Below are positions 9,777-19,309 of a stretch of DNA of 64,000 nt, piece after piece; the stretch's first letter is position 1; every line of letters starts with the position of its first letter. Source of the DNA: an uncultured Chloroflexia bacterium (GTDB lineage: Bacteria > Chloroflexota > Limnocylindria > Limnocylindrales > CSP1-4); assembly GCA_963749705.1 (NCBI GenBank), contig CAVVNQ010000002.1:169024-233023 (forward strand), given 5' to 3'. The position numbers and the translations under genes are program-made. The notes beneath the pieces were generated by a model. It was given only the letters and a program-made list of their open reading frames with translations. It did no database searches and was not told the DNA's origin.

Positions 9777-10568
9777 ATGTCGTATACGGACTCACTGCTG
9801 GCGTCGGGGGAGCGGATCCTCCGGCGTGATCGCCAGCACTGGTTCATTTTGGCGGGCAACGCGCGGTTCGCGATCGCCGCGCTCGTGATCGCGATCGTGC
9901 TGCTGCTGATCCGCGTGACCACCGGCGCGACCGGCGGCGTGATGGACTTCCTGGGCCTGGTCACGCTCGTCCTGTTCGTGGGCGGGCTGCTCGCGCTGGG
10001 CTGGAGCTGGCTGGAGTACCAGAACGAGGAGTACACCGTCACCTCGCGGCGGCTGATCCATGCCGAGGGCGTGATCAACAAGAAGGCGTCCGACTGGTCG
10101 CTCGAGAAGATCAACGACGCGATCCTGTCGGAGGGATGGGCGGGCCGGGTGTTCGGCTTCGGCGACCTCGAGGTGCTGACCGCGTCCGAGCACCCCAACG
10201 AGGTGCTGCGCATGCTGCGCGACGCCAAGTCGTTCAAGAAGTCGATGCTGGAGGCCAAGCACGAGCTCGAGATCGAGGTGGGCCGGCCGACAATGCCGCC
10301 GCTCCGGTCCGCGGGCGACACGGGCACGGCCGGGTCGGGATCGTCGGCCCCGGCGCCGGCGGCGCCGCCCGTCCCGGCCCCACCGGTCAACGCCGCGCCG
10401 GCCGCTCCGGCACCGGCGCCCGCGGCGCCGGCAGGCCCCCCGCCGGCGGCCATGTCCGGCGACGAGGTGACGGCGGCACTGGGACGCCTGGGCGACCTCC
10501 GCGATCGCGGGATCGTCACGCCCGAGGAGTTCGAGGCCAAGAAGCGGGAGCTGCTGGGTCGGCTCTGA
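9777..10568 (+). CDS. Membrane protein with a bacterial PH domain (YdbS/YdbT-like), a Pro/Ala-rich linker and a C-terminal SHOCT domain
   Basis: GAGGAGG RBS upstream. Two TM helices, then EYTVTSRRLIHAEGVINKKASDWSLEKINDA (bPH_2-like). C-terminus LGDLRDRGIVTPEEFEAKKRELLGRL is SHOCT-like. Confidence 0.75.
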   Translation: MSYTDSLLASGERILRRDRQHWFILAGNARFAIAALVIAIVLLLIRVTTGATGGVMDFLGLVTLVLFVGGLLALGWSWLEYQNEEYTVTSRRLIHAEGVINKKASDWSLEKINDAILSEGWAGRVFGFGDLEVLTASEHPNEVLRMLRDAKSFKKSMLEAKHELEIEVGRPTMPPLRSAGDTGTAGSGSSAPAPAAPPVPAPPVNAAPAAPAPAPAAPAGPPPAAMSGDEVTAALGRLGDLRDRGIVTPEEFEAKKRELLGRL

Positions 10569-10624
10569 GCGCGGAGGACCGGTAGGATACGCGGGACCCA
10601 CCCAACCGCCCCTGTGAGGCCCGC

Positions 10625-11266
10625 GTGCTCCAATCGCTCCAACCCGAGAACCTGATCCCGACGCTCATCGTCCTCGCGATCTTCCTGCTGGTCGCGTTCC
10701 CGGTCCACGAGTTCGCGCACGCCGCCGTGGCGTACCTGCTGGGCGACTCGACGGCGAAGCTGTTCGGCCGGCTGACGCTCAACCCGGTCGTCCACTTCGA
10801 CCCGCTGGGCGGGATGATGACGATCCTGTCGGTGTTCGTCGGTGGCTTCGTGTTCGGGTGGGCGAAGCCGACCCCGGTCAACACCGCCAACCTGCGCGAC
10901 CGGCGCAACGGCGAGGTCTATGTCGCGCTGGCCGGTCCGGCGTCGAACCTCGTGATGGCGGTGCTCGGCGCGTTCGTGTTCCGGGTGCTCGACGCCGTGG
11001 GCGCCGGGGTACCGAGCATGGTGTTCTACACCGTGTACCTGTTCGTGCTGTTCAACGTGGCGCTGGCGATCTTCAACCTGCTGCCGATCCCGCCGCTCGA
11101 CGGGTCCACCCTGCTGTTCCGGTTCCTGTCGCCGCGGCAGGCCTGGGAGCTGCGACCGATCCTGGCGCAGTACGGCCTGTTCATCCTGATCGCGTTCATC
11201 CTGCTGCTGAGCAGGCCCCTGTTCACCCTGATCCAGAGTGTCGCGTACTTCCTGGTTGGGCGGTAA
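10625..11266 (+). CDS. Site-2 protease family (peptidase M50) membrane metalloprotease, short form
   Basis: HEFAHAAVAYLLGD (HExxH) in TM1, polytopic hydrophobic profile, NLLPIPPLDGS motif. Confidence 0.8.
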   Translation: MLQSLQPENLIPTLIVLAIFLLVAFPVHEFAHAAVAYLLGDSTAKLFGRLTLNPVVHFDPLGGMMTILSVFVGGFVFGWAKPTPVNTANLRDRRNGEVYVALAGPASNLVMAVLGAFVFRVLDAVGAGVPSMVFYTVYLFVLFNVALAIFNLLPIPPLDGSTLLFRFLSPRQAWELRPILAQYGLFILIAFILLLSRPLFTLIQSVAYFLVGR

Positions 11267-11735
11267 GGCCCGCCAGCTCCGTGCCCACCTGTTCGCTCGC
11301 GTCACGCCCGGGGAGCGACAGGCCGTCGCGGCGTGGACCCACCCGGGGGAGCTCGCCCTGTTCGATGCCATGCACGTCGCGGACCGGCGCCACGGCCTGG
11401 CGGTCGTGGCCGCCCTCCGGCGCGCCGGCGTGACCGACCGCGACGTGCTCGCCGCGGGCCTGCTCCACGATTGTGCAAAGGGCGACACGGGCGCCGGGCC
11501 CCGGATCGCGTGGTCGCTAGGCGAGGTGCTGGGGCCCTGGGTCGTCGCGCTCGCCGCGCGCGTCCCGGGCTGGCGCGCGGCGCTGGACCGGCTGCGCGAC
11601 CATGCCGAGGCGTCGGCCGATGCGGTCGCGGCTGCCGGCCTGCCGCAACGCGCCGTCGACCTCGTCCGATACCAGGCGGAGCCGCGTGATCCCGAGTACG
11701 GCCGCCTGTTCCGGGCCGCGGACGAGGCAAGCTGA
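11238..11735 (+). CDS. HD-domain protein (putative phosphohydrolase)
   Basis: MHVADRRHGLAVV...LLHDCAKG fits an H...HD pattern. Start is uncertain (GTG 11238 or TTG 11256). Confidence 0.55.
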   Translation: MSRTSWLGGKARQLRAHLFARVTPGERQAVAAWTHPGELALFDAMHVADRRHGLAVVAALRRAGVTDRDVLAAGLLHDCAKGDTGAGPRIAWSLGEVLGPWVVALAARVPGWRAALDRLRDHAEASADAVAAAGLPQRAVDLVRYQAEPRDPEYGRLFRAADEAS

Positions 11736-12610
11736 TGACGCTGGCCGCCGCTCCCGCCGCACCCGCGGTCGCGTTCGGGGAAGGGCGGCGGCCCGAGTCC
11801 GCCACCCGGGTGACCCTGCCCGAGTTCGACGGACCGCTGGCGCTGCTGCTGGCGCTGATCGAGGCGCGCCAGCTCGACGTGCTCACCGTTCCCCTGGGCG
11901 CCCTCGCCGATGCGTATCTGGACGCGCTTGCGTCGCTCGACGGCGATCGCATGGGCAATGTGTCCGCGTTCATCGCCGTCGCCAGCCAGCTGATCCTGAT
12001 CAAGTCGCGGGCGATGCTCCCGCGACGCGTGGTCGAGGGGGCGGAGGCGCTCGCCGACGAAGGCGCGGACCCCGAGGCCGAGCTGCGGGCGCGGCTGATC
12101 CTGTACCGGGCGTTCCGCGACGCCGGTGCCGCGCTTCTCGACGAGGCGCACCGGCGGGTCGGGCTGTTCCACCGCGAGCCCGGAGCCGCGCATGCGGCCG
12201 GGGTCGCCGGGGCGCGCCCGCCGGCCGCGGACCCGCTGTCGCCGGACCTCCTCGTGGCCGCGCTGGACGGCCTGGCGCGGATCGCGCCGCCGCCGCCCCG
12301 GCCGCCCGAGACGTTCCCACGGGCGATCACGCTGACCGAACGCGCCGCGCTGATCCGGCGCGCCCTTCGGGGAGCGCCCGCGATCGTGCTCCAGGAGCTG
12401 CTCCGGGGTGTTCGCGACCGCGTCGTCGTCGCGGTGACCTTCCTCGCGATGCTGGAGCTGATGAAGCGGCGCGAGATCGTGGTCGAGCAGGCCGAGCCCT
12501 GGGGGCCGATCGTCGCCCGCCGGACCACGCCGGAGGAGCGCGCCGCCGCCGGGCTCGGCGACCTGCCCGACGACGAGCCGCTCGACGAAACGCTGGAGAC
12601 GTTCGCGTGA
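11735..12610 (+). CDS. scpA: Segregation and condensation protein A
   Basis: LPEFDGPLALLLALIEARQLDVLTVPLGALADAYL; C-terminal FLAMLELMKRREI. Confidence 0.92.
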   Translation: MTLAAAPAAPAVAFGEGRRPESATRVTLPEFDGPLALLLALIEARQLDVLTVPLGALADAYLDALASLDGDRMGNVSAFIAVASQLILIKSRAMLPRRVVEGAEALADEGADPEAELRARLILYRAFRDAGAALLDEAHRRVGLFHREPGAAHAAGVAGARPPAADPLSPDLLVAALDGLARIAPPPPRPPETFPRAITLTERAALIRRALRGAPAIVLQELLRGVRDRVVVAVTFLAMLELMKRREIVVEQAEPWGPIVARRTTPEERAAAGLGDLPDDEPLDETLETFA

Positions 12611-13350
12611 CCGAGCTCGAGGCCGTCGGGCCCGGCCGGCCCGTCGAGGATTCGCCGCCCGGGCCGGCACCGGACGCTGATGAAGCACGGCACGCCGGTG
12701 ACGCGCCGGGCGCCGGTGAGCCCGGTGACGCGCCGCCGGGCGAGCTCACGGAGGGCCAGCTCGAGGCGCTCCTGTTCGTCGCCGAGAAGCCCCTGTCGCG
12801 CCGCGAGATCGGGGTGCTCGCCGGGGTCCCGCGCGAGACCGTCGACGAGCGACTTGGGGACCTCGAGGTGTCGCTGGCCGGCCGGGGGATCCGCCTCGTC
12901 CTCGCCGGGGAGCGCGTCGAGCTGGGCACGGCCGCGGAAGCCGGCGCCATCGTCGCCCGCTACGTCGGTGCCGATGCCGTCAAGCTGTCGCCCGCCTCGC
13001 TCGAGACGCTGGCGATCATCGCCTACCGGCAACCGGTGACCAAGGCAGCGATCGAGCGGATCCGCGGCGTCGACTCCGACTACACGGTCCGGAGCCTGGT
13101 CCATCGGCGGCTGGTGGTCGAGCTGGGCCGGGCCGAGACACCCGGACGCCCGATCCTGTACGGCACCGGCTTCGAGTTCCTGGAACGGTTCGGGCTGACC
13201 TCGATCGAGGAGCTGCCGCCGCTCGATCTCGACATCGCCGCGCGCCTGGTCGAGGGCGCGGACGCGACGCCGGCGACGCTCGACGGCGACGGCTCTCCGG
13301 TGACCTCGCTCGCAACCGACGCACCGCCCGCTCCCGACGACGGCGCCTGA
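12607..13350 (+). CDS. scpB: Segregation and condensation protein B
   Basis: QLEALLFVAEKPLSRREI..., ETLAIIAYRQPVTKAAIERIRGVDSDYTVRSL..., PGRPILYGTGFEFLERFGL. GTGA overlap with scpA. Confidence 0.92.
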   Translation: MTELEAVGPGRPVEDSPPGPAPDADEARHAGDAPGAGEPGDAPPGELTEGQLEALLFVAEKPLSRREIGVLAGVPRETVDERLGDLEVSLAGRGIRLVLAGERVELGTAAEAGAIVARYVGADAVKLSPASLETLAIIAYRQPVTKAAIERIRGVDSDYTVRSLVHRRLVVELGRAETPGRPILYGTGFEFLERFGLTSIEELPPLDLDIAARLVEGADATPATLDGDGSPVTSLATDAPPAPDDGA

Positions 13351-13352
13351 TC

Positions 13353-14135
13353 GTGCCGGCGGAACGGATCTCCAAGGTCCTCGCCGCCGCGGGCGTCGCG
13401 TCGCGCCGCGGCGCAGACGAGCTGATCAACGCGGGACGCGTGACGGTCGATGGCCGGGCCGCCGTCCTCGGCGAGCGGGTCGATCCCGAGACGCAGGAGA
13501 TCGAGGTCGACGGCGCGCCGGTCTCGCGGTCGGTCTCGCGCCCGGTCTACCTCGCGCTCCACAAGCCGATGGGCGTGACGTCGACGACCCGCGACCGGCA
13601 CGCGGAGACGACGGTCGTGCAGCTCGTCCCACCCGAGCTCGCACGCGGTGCACGGCTGTACCCGGTGGGCCGGCTCGACCAGGATTCGGAAGGGCTGATC
13701 CTGCTCACCAACGACGGTGACTGGGCGGAGCGGGTGCTGCACCCGCGGTTCGGCGTCGAGCGCGAGTACGCCGTGGGGCTGGTTCGGCCGCTGTCGCGCG
13801 AGCAGGCCGAGGCGCTCGAGACCGGCGTCGAGCTGGCCGAAGGCGTCGCGACCCTGACCGGGCTGCGAGGCCAGACGCGGACGGAGGATCGCCGCCTGGG
13901 GGAGACCCTCGAGCCGGCGCCCGACGTCCGCCTGACGTGGGTGCGGGTCACGATCCACCAGGGCTGGAAGCGCCAGCTGCGGCGGATGTTCGCCGAGGTC
14001 GGGGCGCCGGTCCGTCGCCTCGTCCGGGTGCGGATCGGGACGCTGCGCCTGGAGGACATGGCCGCCGGCGACGTGCGCCCGCTCAGCGCGACGGAGGTGC
14101 GGCGGCTGGGCACGACCCGCGTGGAGCCCCGCTGA
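13353..14135 (+). CDS. rluB: Pseudouridine synthase, RsuA/RluB family, with an S4 domain
   Basis: ERISKVLAAAGVASRRGADELINAGRVTVDG, catalytic GRLDQDSEGLILLTNDG. Confidence 0.9.
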   Translation: MPAERISKVLAAAGVASRRGADELINAGRVTVDGRAAVLGERVDPETQEIEVDGAPVSRSVSRPVYLALHKPMGVTSTTRDRHAETTVVQLVPPELARGARLYPVGRLDQDSEGLILLTNDGDWAERVLHPRFGVEREYAVGLVRPLSREQAEALETGVELAEGVATLTGLRGQTRTEDRRLGETLEPAPDVRLTWVRVTIHQGWKRQLRRMFAEVGAPVRRLVRVRIGTLRLEDMAAGDVRPLSATEVRRLGTTRVEPR

Positions 14136-14151
14136 CGATGGATCGCATGTC

Positions 14152-14652
14152 GTGAGCCTGCGTCGCGTCCCGCCCGGTCCTGACCGCGACCCGTACCTGC
14201 CGCTGCTGTTCCTCGCCGACGACGCGCACGACCACGTCCGTGCGCACCGCGACGACGGGCATCTGTTCGTGCTCGATCGCGACGACGGTGCGATGGGCGT
14301 GGTCCAGGCCGTTCCGATCGAGGCCGCGGGCGGGGACCGCCCCGACGCCACCCCGCAGGTGGAGCTGACCCTGGTCGCCGTCGATGAGCGTCACCAGCGC
14401 CGGGGTGTCGGACGGGCGCTCATCGCCTCGGTACTGGGCGCGCTTCGCGACGATGGCGTGCAGCGCGTGATCGTGGGCACCGTGACGGCCGCCGGAGGCA
14501 CGATCACGTTCTACCAGAAGGTGGGTTTTCGCCCGTTCGCGATCGAGCGCGACTACTTCGATCGCGCCCGTGGCTACCGAGGCGACGAGACGCTCGACGG
14601 GATCCCGATCCGCGACATGATCTGGTTCGACATCGAGCTCCGGCCGGCCTGA
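14152..14652 (+). CDS. GNAT family N-acetyltransferase
   Basis: Acetyl-CoA binding motif VAVDERHQRRGVGRALI; size 166 aa. Confidence 0.8.
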   Translation: MSLRRVPPGPDRDPYLPLLFLADDAHDHVRAHRDDGHLFVLDRDDGAMGVVQAVPIEAAGGDRPDATPQVELTLVAVDERHQRRGVGRALIASVLGALRDDGVQRVIVGTVTAAGGTITFYQKVGFRPFAIERDYFDRARGYRGDETLDGIPIRDMIWFDIELRPA

Positions 14653-14655
14653 GGG

Positions 14656-14672
14656 CGCGGCAGCATGCCGCG
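14656..14672 (+). terminator. GC hairpin immediately after the GNAT stop (candidate terminator)
   Basis: cgcggca-gca-tgccgcg: 7-bp stem with a 3-nt loop, between convergent genes. No U-tract. Confidence 0.35.
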
Positions 14673-14765
14673 TGGCAGCCGGGCCGACCGCGCTCGGACA
14701 GCGCCATCGAGCACGTTTGGCCGGCGGGACCCCGACCTGGCACGCACGCTGCCAGGACGCCTGGC

Positions 14766-15398
14766 TCAGGGTGCGGTCCCGGGGCAGGTGCGCTCTGCGG
14801 CTGTGGTCCCGAGGCAGAGATGCACCGCGCTGTGGTGGATCACCCGGAAGGAGAAGGGGCCGACCCGGTAATCCACGGCGAGCATCTCCCACCCGGCCGG
14901 ACCCTGATGCGGCCCCTGGAACGTCAGCGCGATCTGCCACCCGTCGCCGCCCGGCTGAATAGTCCCCGGCAAAGGGGCGAGGTCGGCGTCGATGAGCGCC
15001 TGCTGGTCGGCGGTCAGCGGCCCGAGCCCCGAGAGGTCCGAGGCCCGCGGGCCGCCGGGCCGAAGGAGGAGCGGCGGGGCGATGACGAGGTTGCCGCTTG
15101 CGTCCACGGGCGTGATGCGCTCGACCTCCACGGGCCACGGCCAGTCGTTGGGCGAGAGGTCAGAAGCGTAGACGAGATCCGTTCCCGGGACGGCCCAGTC
15201 GGCCTCCGGCGTGTTCCCCCCGGAGTTGTTGCCCCAGTCCGACGGCCACATGTCGAGCCAGAGCACGCCGCCGTCCTTCCACTCGCGGAGCGGGCCGCCG
15301 GGGAACCGCGCCAGGCCCGCGACGTTGAGCACCAGCGCGGCCGTGATCGTCGTGAGAGCGCCGACCAGCAGAAACCGCTTCACGTCCCCCTCTCGCAT
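14766..15398 (-). CDS. Hypothetical membrane-anchored or secreted protein
   Basis: N-terminal hydrophobic segment KRFLLVGALTTITAALVLNVAG followed by a Trp/Pro/Gly-rich domain. No family recognised. Start chosen at an internal ATG. Confidence 0.5.
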   Translation of the reverse strand: MREGDVKRFLLVGALTTITAALVLNVAGLARFPGGPLREWKDGGVLWLDMWPSDWGNNSGGNTPEADWAVPGTDLVYASDLSPNDWPWPVEVERITPVDASGNLVIAPPLLLRPGGPRASDLSGLGPLTADQQALIDADLAPLPGTIQPGGDGWQIALTFQGPHQGPAGWEMLAVDYRVGPFSFRVIHHSAVHLCLGTTAAERTCPGTAP

Positions 15399-15580
15399 GG
15401 CATGTCCTCGCGCGGCAAGGCTCATGGCGCGCAGCGGCCACGTCAAGGGGATGTGGGCCTGTTCGATGGCAGGCTGGTTCGCGGACGAGCCACACGGTCC
15501 GCCCGACTCTTGACTGTGGCCGTGCCCAACGACACGCTGGGTTGCCAGTCGTGGCGCGGCATACGGACACGCGGCAGGGG

Positions 15581-15787
15581 ATGCGCATGCGGAAGCTGAA
15601 CATCAGGCAGGGCGTGATCGGCGGCTCCGCCGTGCTCCTCGTCAGCGCTGCGGCCGCTGCCGGCCGCTCGCCCGACCCGTTGGCGACGTTCGCCTTCTAC
15701 CTCGCGTTCGGCCTGCCGTGCGTCGCGCTGGCGGTCGCCCTCGTGCTCGCGATCAATCGCCCACCCAAGCCGCCGATCCGCTGGTAG
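15581..15787 (+). CDS. Hypothetical small two-TM membrane protein
   Basis: The ORF has two hydrophobic stretches (GGSAVLLVSAAAAA, FAFYLAFGLPCVALAVALVLAI). No homology recognised. Confidence 0.3.
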   Translation: MRMRKLNIRQGVIGGSAVLLVSAAAAAGRSPDPLATFAFYLAFGLPCVALAVALVLAINRPPKPPIRW

Positions 15788-15958
15788 GCCGATCCAGCCC
15801 ATCCGCCGGTCGCTCGATATCGATGCCGGGAGGGGAGCCGTCGCCGTCCTCGCCCGGGGCCGACCTCGCGAAATAGCGTCATCATGTTCGCGACGCCCGT
15901 GCCCGCGACGCGGAGCACCCGGACGACCGCCAGATCGGCGTTGGATGGGAGTGAACAC

Positions 15959-16252
15959 ATGACCGAACCGGCAAGCGTGCCCCTGCGTGGATGGCGATAC
16001 GGCATGCACCCGCGTGCTGCCGGGATGCAGGTCCTCGCCCTCGGGCGTGTCCAGCTCCCGCTCGGGGAGGCCCTCCGCCTCGAGCTGGCGAGCGGCGGCA
16101 CGGGGCCGGCGGAGGATGTCGCCCACGTCCAGTACTACATCGCGACCGAGGTCGGTCCCTGGGCGTTGTGGCTGTCGTGCCCGCGGTCCGAGCTGGCACA
16201 GCGGGAGTCGGCCCTGAAGGATCTCGTGCATCCGTTGATCGACGAGCCGTAG
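15959..16252 (+). CDS. Hypothetical protein
   Basis: The ORF has non-repetitive composition (VAHVQYYIATEVGPWALWLSCPRSELAQRESALKDLVHPLIDE). No family recognised. Confidence 0.4.
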   Translation: MTEPASVPLRGWRYGMHPRAAGMQVLALGRVQLPLGEALRLELASGGTGPAEDVAHVQYYIATEVGPWALWLSCPRSELAQRESALKDLVHPLIDEP

Positions 16253-16319
16253 CGGGTCGCGCGCCCGCCGCTCCGTGCGGCGCATCCGAGGCCCGGCTCG
16301 GGGTAACGTGGCCGCCGAC

Positions 16320-17291
16320 ATGACGACGTCCGCCGTGGCCGACGGCCACGCACTCGAGCTCGAGCCGCCCCGCTTCGATTCCCTGGAGTGGCGAGCCTCC
16401 ATCGCGCTCAAGGTCCTGGCGTTCATCAACGTGGCCGGGATCGTGCTGGCGATGTTCCCCCCGCCATTGCCGGGGTCGCTGCTCCAGGGTCTCGCCTTCA
16501 ACCTCGCCGCGGCCGTGCTGGCGTCCCTGGAGATCGTCGCCGCGCGGGCGCTGGACCGGCGCCGGTCGTGGGCCGTCGGCGCCGTGCGACCGATGCTCGT
16601 GGTGCTCATCGCCGAGGGCATCGGCGCGATGCTGATCGGGATCGACGCGGGCCGGATCCGGATCCCGTTCGAAGCGCTGATCGCGATATGGGCCCTGCTC
16701 GCCGGGCCTGACGGGACGCTGTCCCGGCACGCCGACCGTCGGAGCGTGTCGCTCGCCGCGACCTCGGTGGTGGTGGTCGCGTCGATGCTCGTCGGGGAGC
16801 CGGTGTTCGGCTGGGGCGGCCTGCTCGATGTGCGGCAGTCCGATCTGCGCGACTCGATCTCGGCCACCTGCAGCGCGCCCGGTGCCGATCTGCCGCCGAC
16901 GCTGACCGTGAGCTATGACTGGTCATGGACGAGGACGAGCCCGTTGCCCAACGGGCTGGACATCGTGGTCATCGGCTGGTCCGGACGTGACGCCGAGGGA
17001 CGGACGCTGTACCTGTTCGACAACGACCCGGCCTCGGGCACCGGGATCCATTCGGGGCGGCGGGCGTATCCGAGCCTGGACATGGCGACGGCGGTGGGCA
17101 AGGAGACGCAGGCGTCGTGGAGCTGGGGCGTCGAGCTCGCCGAGCAGGGGCTGCGACCGGGGCACGTCGAGCTGCAGATGCGGCGCGCGAGGGACAGCCC
17201 GCCGGACCCCTCGCCGCTGGTGATCCGGGCGACGTACATCCATCTGGGCATCTGGCACAGCGATCCGGTCAGCGTCACCTGCTCCTGGTGA
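16320..17291 (+). CDS. Hypothetical polytopic membrane protein with a C-terminal extracytoplasmic domain
   Basis: About 5 predicted TM segments, then a soluble Trp/Ser-rich domain (TLTVSYDWSWTRTSPLPNG...). Start is uncertain. Confidence 0.55.
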   Translation: MTTSAVADGHALELEPPRFDSLEWRASIALKVLAFINVAGIVLAMFPPPLPGSLLQGLAFNLAAAVLASLEIVAARALDRRRSWAVGAVRPMLVVLIAEGIGAMLIGIDAGRIRIPFEALIAIWALLAGPDGTLSRHADRRSVSLAATSVVVVASMLVGEPVFGWGGLLDVRQSDLRDSISATCSAPGADLPPTLTVSYDWSWTRTSPLPNGLDIVVIGWSGRDAEGRTLYLFDNDPASGTGIHSGRRAYPSLDMATAVGKETQASWSWGVELAEQGLRPGHVELQMRRARDSPPDPSPLVIRATYIHLGIWHSDPVSVTCSW

Positions 17292-17357
17292 TCGGGACCC
17301 CCGGGCGCGCCTCGCAAACGAGCGCCCTGAACGGCCGGACCGCGCCGTCGCGTCGCA

Positions 17358-18584
17358 TTGACCACGGTCGGTGGCCCTGCAAGACTCGATCCGATGGACC
17401 GTCGCCGGATCAGCCCCGAGCTCCTTGTCGGCGTCGTGATCGTGGCCTTCATCGTGATCACGGTGATCCGGCCGTGGGGTGCGGACGCAGGACCGTCACC
17501 GAGCATCTCGCCCGCGCCCACGATCGCCGCGCGTGCAACCGCGCCACCGACCCCGCGGACGGTGCCGTCCGCGGTTCCGGTTGCCGTCATCGGTGTGATC
17601 CCGATGACCGGCCAGCTCGCCGCTCCCGTCGTCGACGGCGACACCATCTGGTACGCGTCCGATCGATCGAGCCTGATCCGGCTCGATACGGCATCCCACG
17701 CGGTCGAACGCATCGCACTTGATCCCGCCCGCTTTCCCGGGCCGCTCCAGGTGACCGCACAGGGCGGCGAGATCTGGATCGCCGGAGCCGGTGATCGAGC
17801 CATCAGCCGGATCGACCCGGCGACGGGAAGCGTCACCAACCAGATCCCGGTCACCATCGATGGCCCGTACGCGCTGGGCGGTTTGTTCGGTCTGGTCCGG
17901 GCCGCCTCGAACGTGTGGGCGATCGGCGAGCTCCGCTGGCTCGGGTCGAGCGACGGGGCGGCGCCCGGAAGCTCGCCGTGCTGTGACAACCTGGACACCT
18001 CGGAGCTGTTCCGGGTGGACCTGGCGACGCTGCGCAGCGACGCCGTCCGCCAGGTCGACGGCGCCCTGGCGATCGCCGAGGGGTTCGGCGCCGTGTGGGT
18101 CGTCCAAAGCCCGAGGGGGAGCTCGGGCCGCGCCATCCTCGTGCGGCGCGACCCGGACACCGGGATTGCCACCGGAACAACGGTTCTGCCCGACCCTGCG
18201 GGCTTCAACCCGTGTTTTCGATGCCTGATCAGGATCCGGATCGGCTCCGGAAGCATCTGGGTCGCGTACCGCGATCCGGGCGTGGTGCTCCGGATCGACC
18301 GGACGTTCCACCTGATCTCGGCCCACATCAACGTCGTCGGGCAGATCACCGACCTCGCCTCGGGACCGGACGGTGCGCTGTGGATGGTCGGGTTGCATGA
18401 ACCCGGTCCGGACTGCGAGGCGTCGGGCGGCTTCCTCGCGCGGATCGATCCGAGCGAGAACGTGATCTCGAACGAGCTTGCGGTGAGCTGCCCGGTCTCC
18501 GTCGCGGTCAGCCGGGGCGACGTGTGGGTCGGCACTGACCCTCCGGACGGGCCACGGGTCGTCGAGGTGCGGGTCGGGTCGTAG
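17358..18584 (+). CDS. Hypothetical TM-anchored protein with a beta-propeller-like repeat domain
   Basis: N-terminal TM segment LLVGVVIVAFIVITVI, a Pro-rich linker, then recurring (I/V)W(I/V)..xxD...(R)ID segments (GEIWIAG..ISRIDP, GSIWVAY..VLRID, GDVWVGT). Start may be 17394. Confidence 0.6.
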   Translation: MTTVGGPARLDPMDRRRISPELLVGVVIVAFIVITVIRPWGADAGPSPSISPAPTIAARATAPPTPRTVPSAVPVAVIGVIPMTGQLAAPVVDGDTIWYASDRSSLIRLDTASHAVERIALDPARFPGPLQVTAQGGEIWIAGAGDRAISRIDPATGSVTNQIPVTIDGPYALGGLFGLVRAASNVWAIGELRWLGSSDGAAPGSSPCCDNLDTSELFRVDLATLRSDAVRQVDGALAIAEGFGAVWVVQSPRGSSGRAILVRRDPDTGIATGTTVLPDPAGFNPCFRCLIRIRIGSGSIWVAYRDPGVVLRIDRTFHLISAHINVVGQITDLASGPDGALWMVGLHEPGPDCEASGGFLARIDPSENVISNELAVSCPVSVAVSRGDVWVGTDPPDGPRVVEVRVGS

Positions 18585-18684
18585 GAGCCGGGGCGCGGGC
18601 CGGGGAGCGCGGCCGGGCGCGGACGCGGTGCGGCACACCACGGTCGCGGGCCGGGGCTGACCGCAGGCGTGCTACGTTGCGCGG

Positions 18685-19194
18685 ATGCGCAGACCCCTGT
18701 TATCCGACGCCGCTGCCCACCACGTGTGGGCGACGCTGCGATTGATCGATGCCTGCCGGGCGCTGTCGCCGGCGCAGCTCGCGACTGTCGTGCCGGGCAC
18801 GTACGGATCGATCCTCGACACCCTGCGCCACCTGGTCGGCGCCGACCGGTCCTACCTGTTCGTGCTGACCGATGGGCGCGTCCCGCGGATCGACGAGGAT
18901 TCGATGGACCTGGAGCGGCTGCGCGCGGCGATGGAGGCGGCTGGCCCGGCCTGGTCATCGGTGCTGGACGCGGATCCGGATCCCGATCAGGTCCTCGTCC
19001 GCCGTCGCGACGACGGATCCGAGACCCGCGCGCCCGTCGGCATCCGGCTCGCGCAGGCGTTGCACCACGGCACGGATCACCGGAGCCAGGTGTGCACCGC
19101 GCTGACGGCGCTCGGGGTGGACCCGCCCGACATCGATGCCTGGGACTTCGCGCTCACGGACGGCCGCCTGGTCGAGACGGGTCCGGCAACCTGA
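18685..19194 (+). CDS. DinB family (DinB_2-like) metal-dependent protein
   Basis: AAAHHVWATLRLIDACRAL, TLRHLVGADRSYL, LHHGTDHRSQV: His triad in a four-helix-bundle pattern. Confidence 0.8.
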   Translation: MRRPLLSDAAAHHVWATLRLIDACRALSPAQLATVVPGTYGSILDTLRHLVGADRSYLFVLTDGRVPRIDEDSMDLERLRAAMEAAGPAWSSVLDADPDPDQVLVRRRDDGSETRAPVGIRLAQALHHGTDHRSQVCTALTALGVDPPDIDAWDFALTDGRLVETGPAT

Positions 19195-19309
19195 CGAGCC
19201 GAGCCGCGCCGCTTGCGGCACGCGACTATTCTCCGGGCATGCGCGAGATGTCGTCGCATCAGCGGCTCGACGATTGGACCGACGTGGATCCAGGTGGAGG
19301 GCGCGCCTG

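Noticed and set aside
9548-12688. 1046-aa minus-strand ORF, the longest in the window
   Set aside because: It is antisense to xerD, the PH-SHOCT gene, M50, HD and scpA/scpB, all of which have clear homology. The composition is low complexity.
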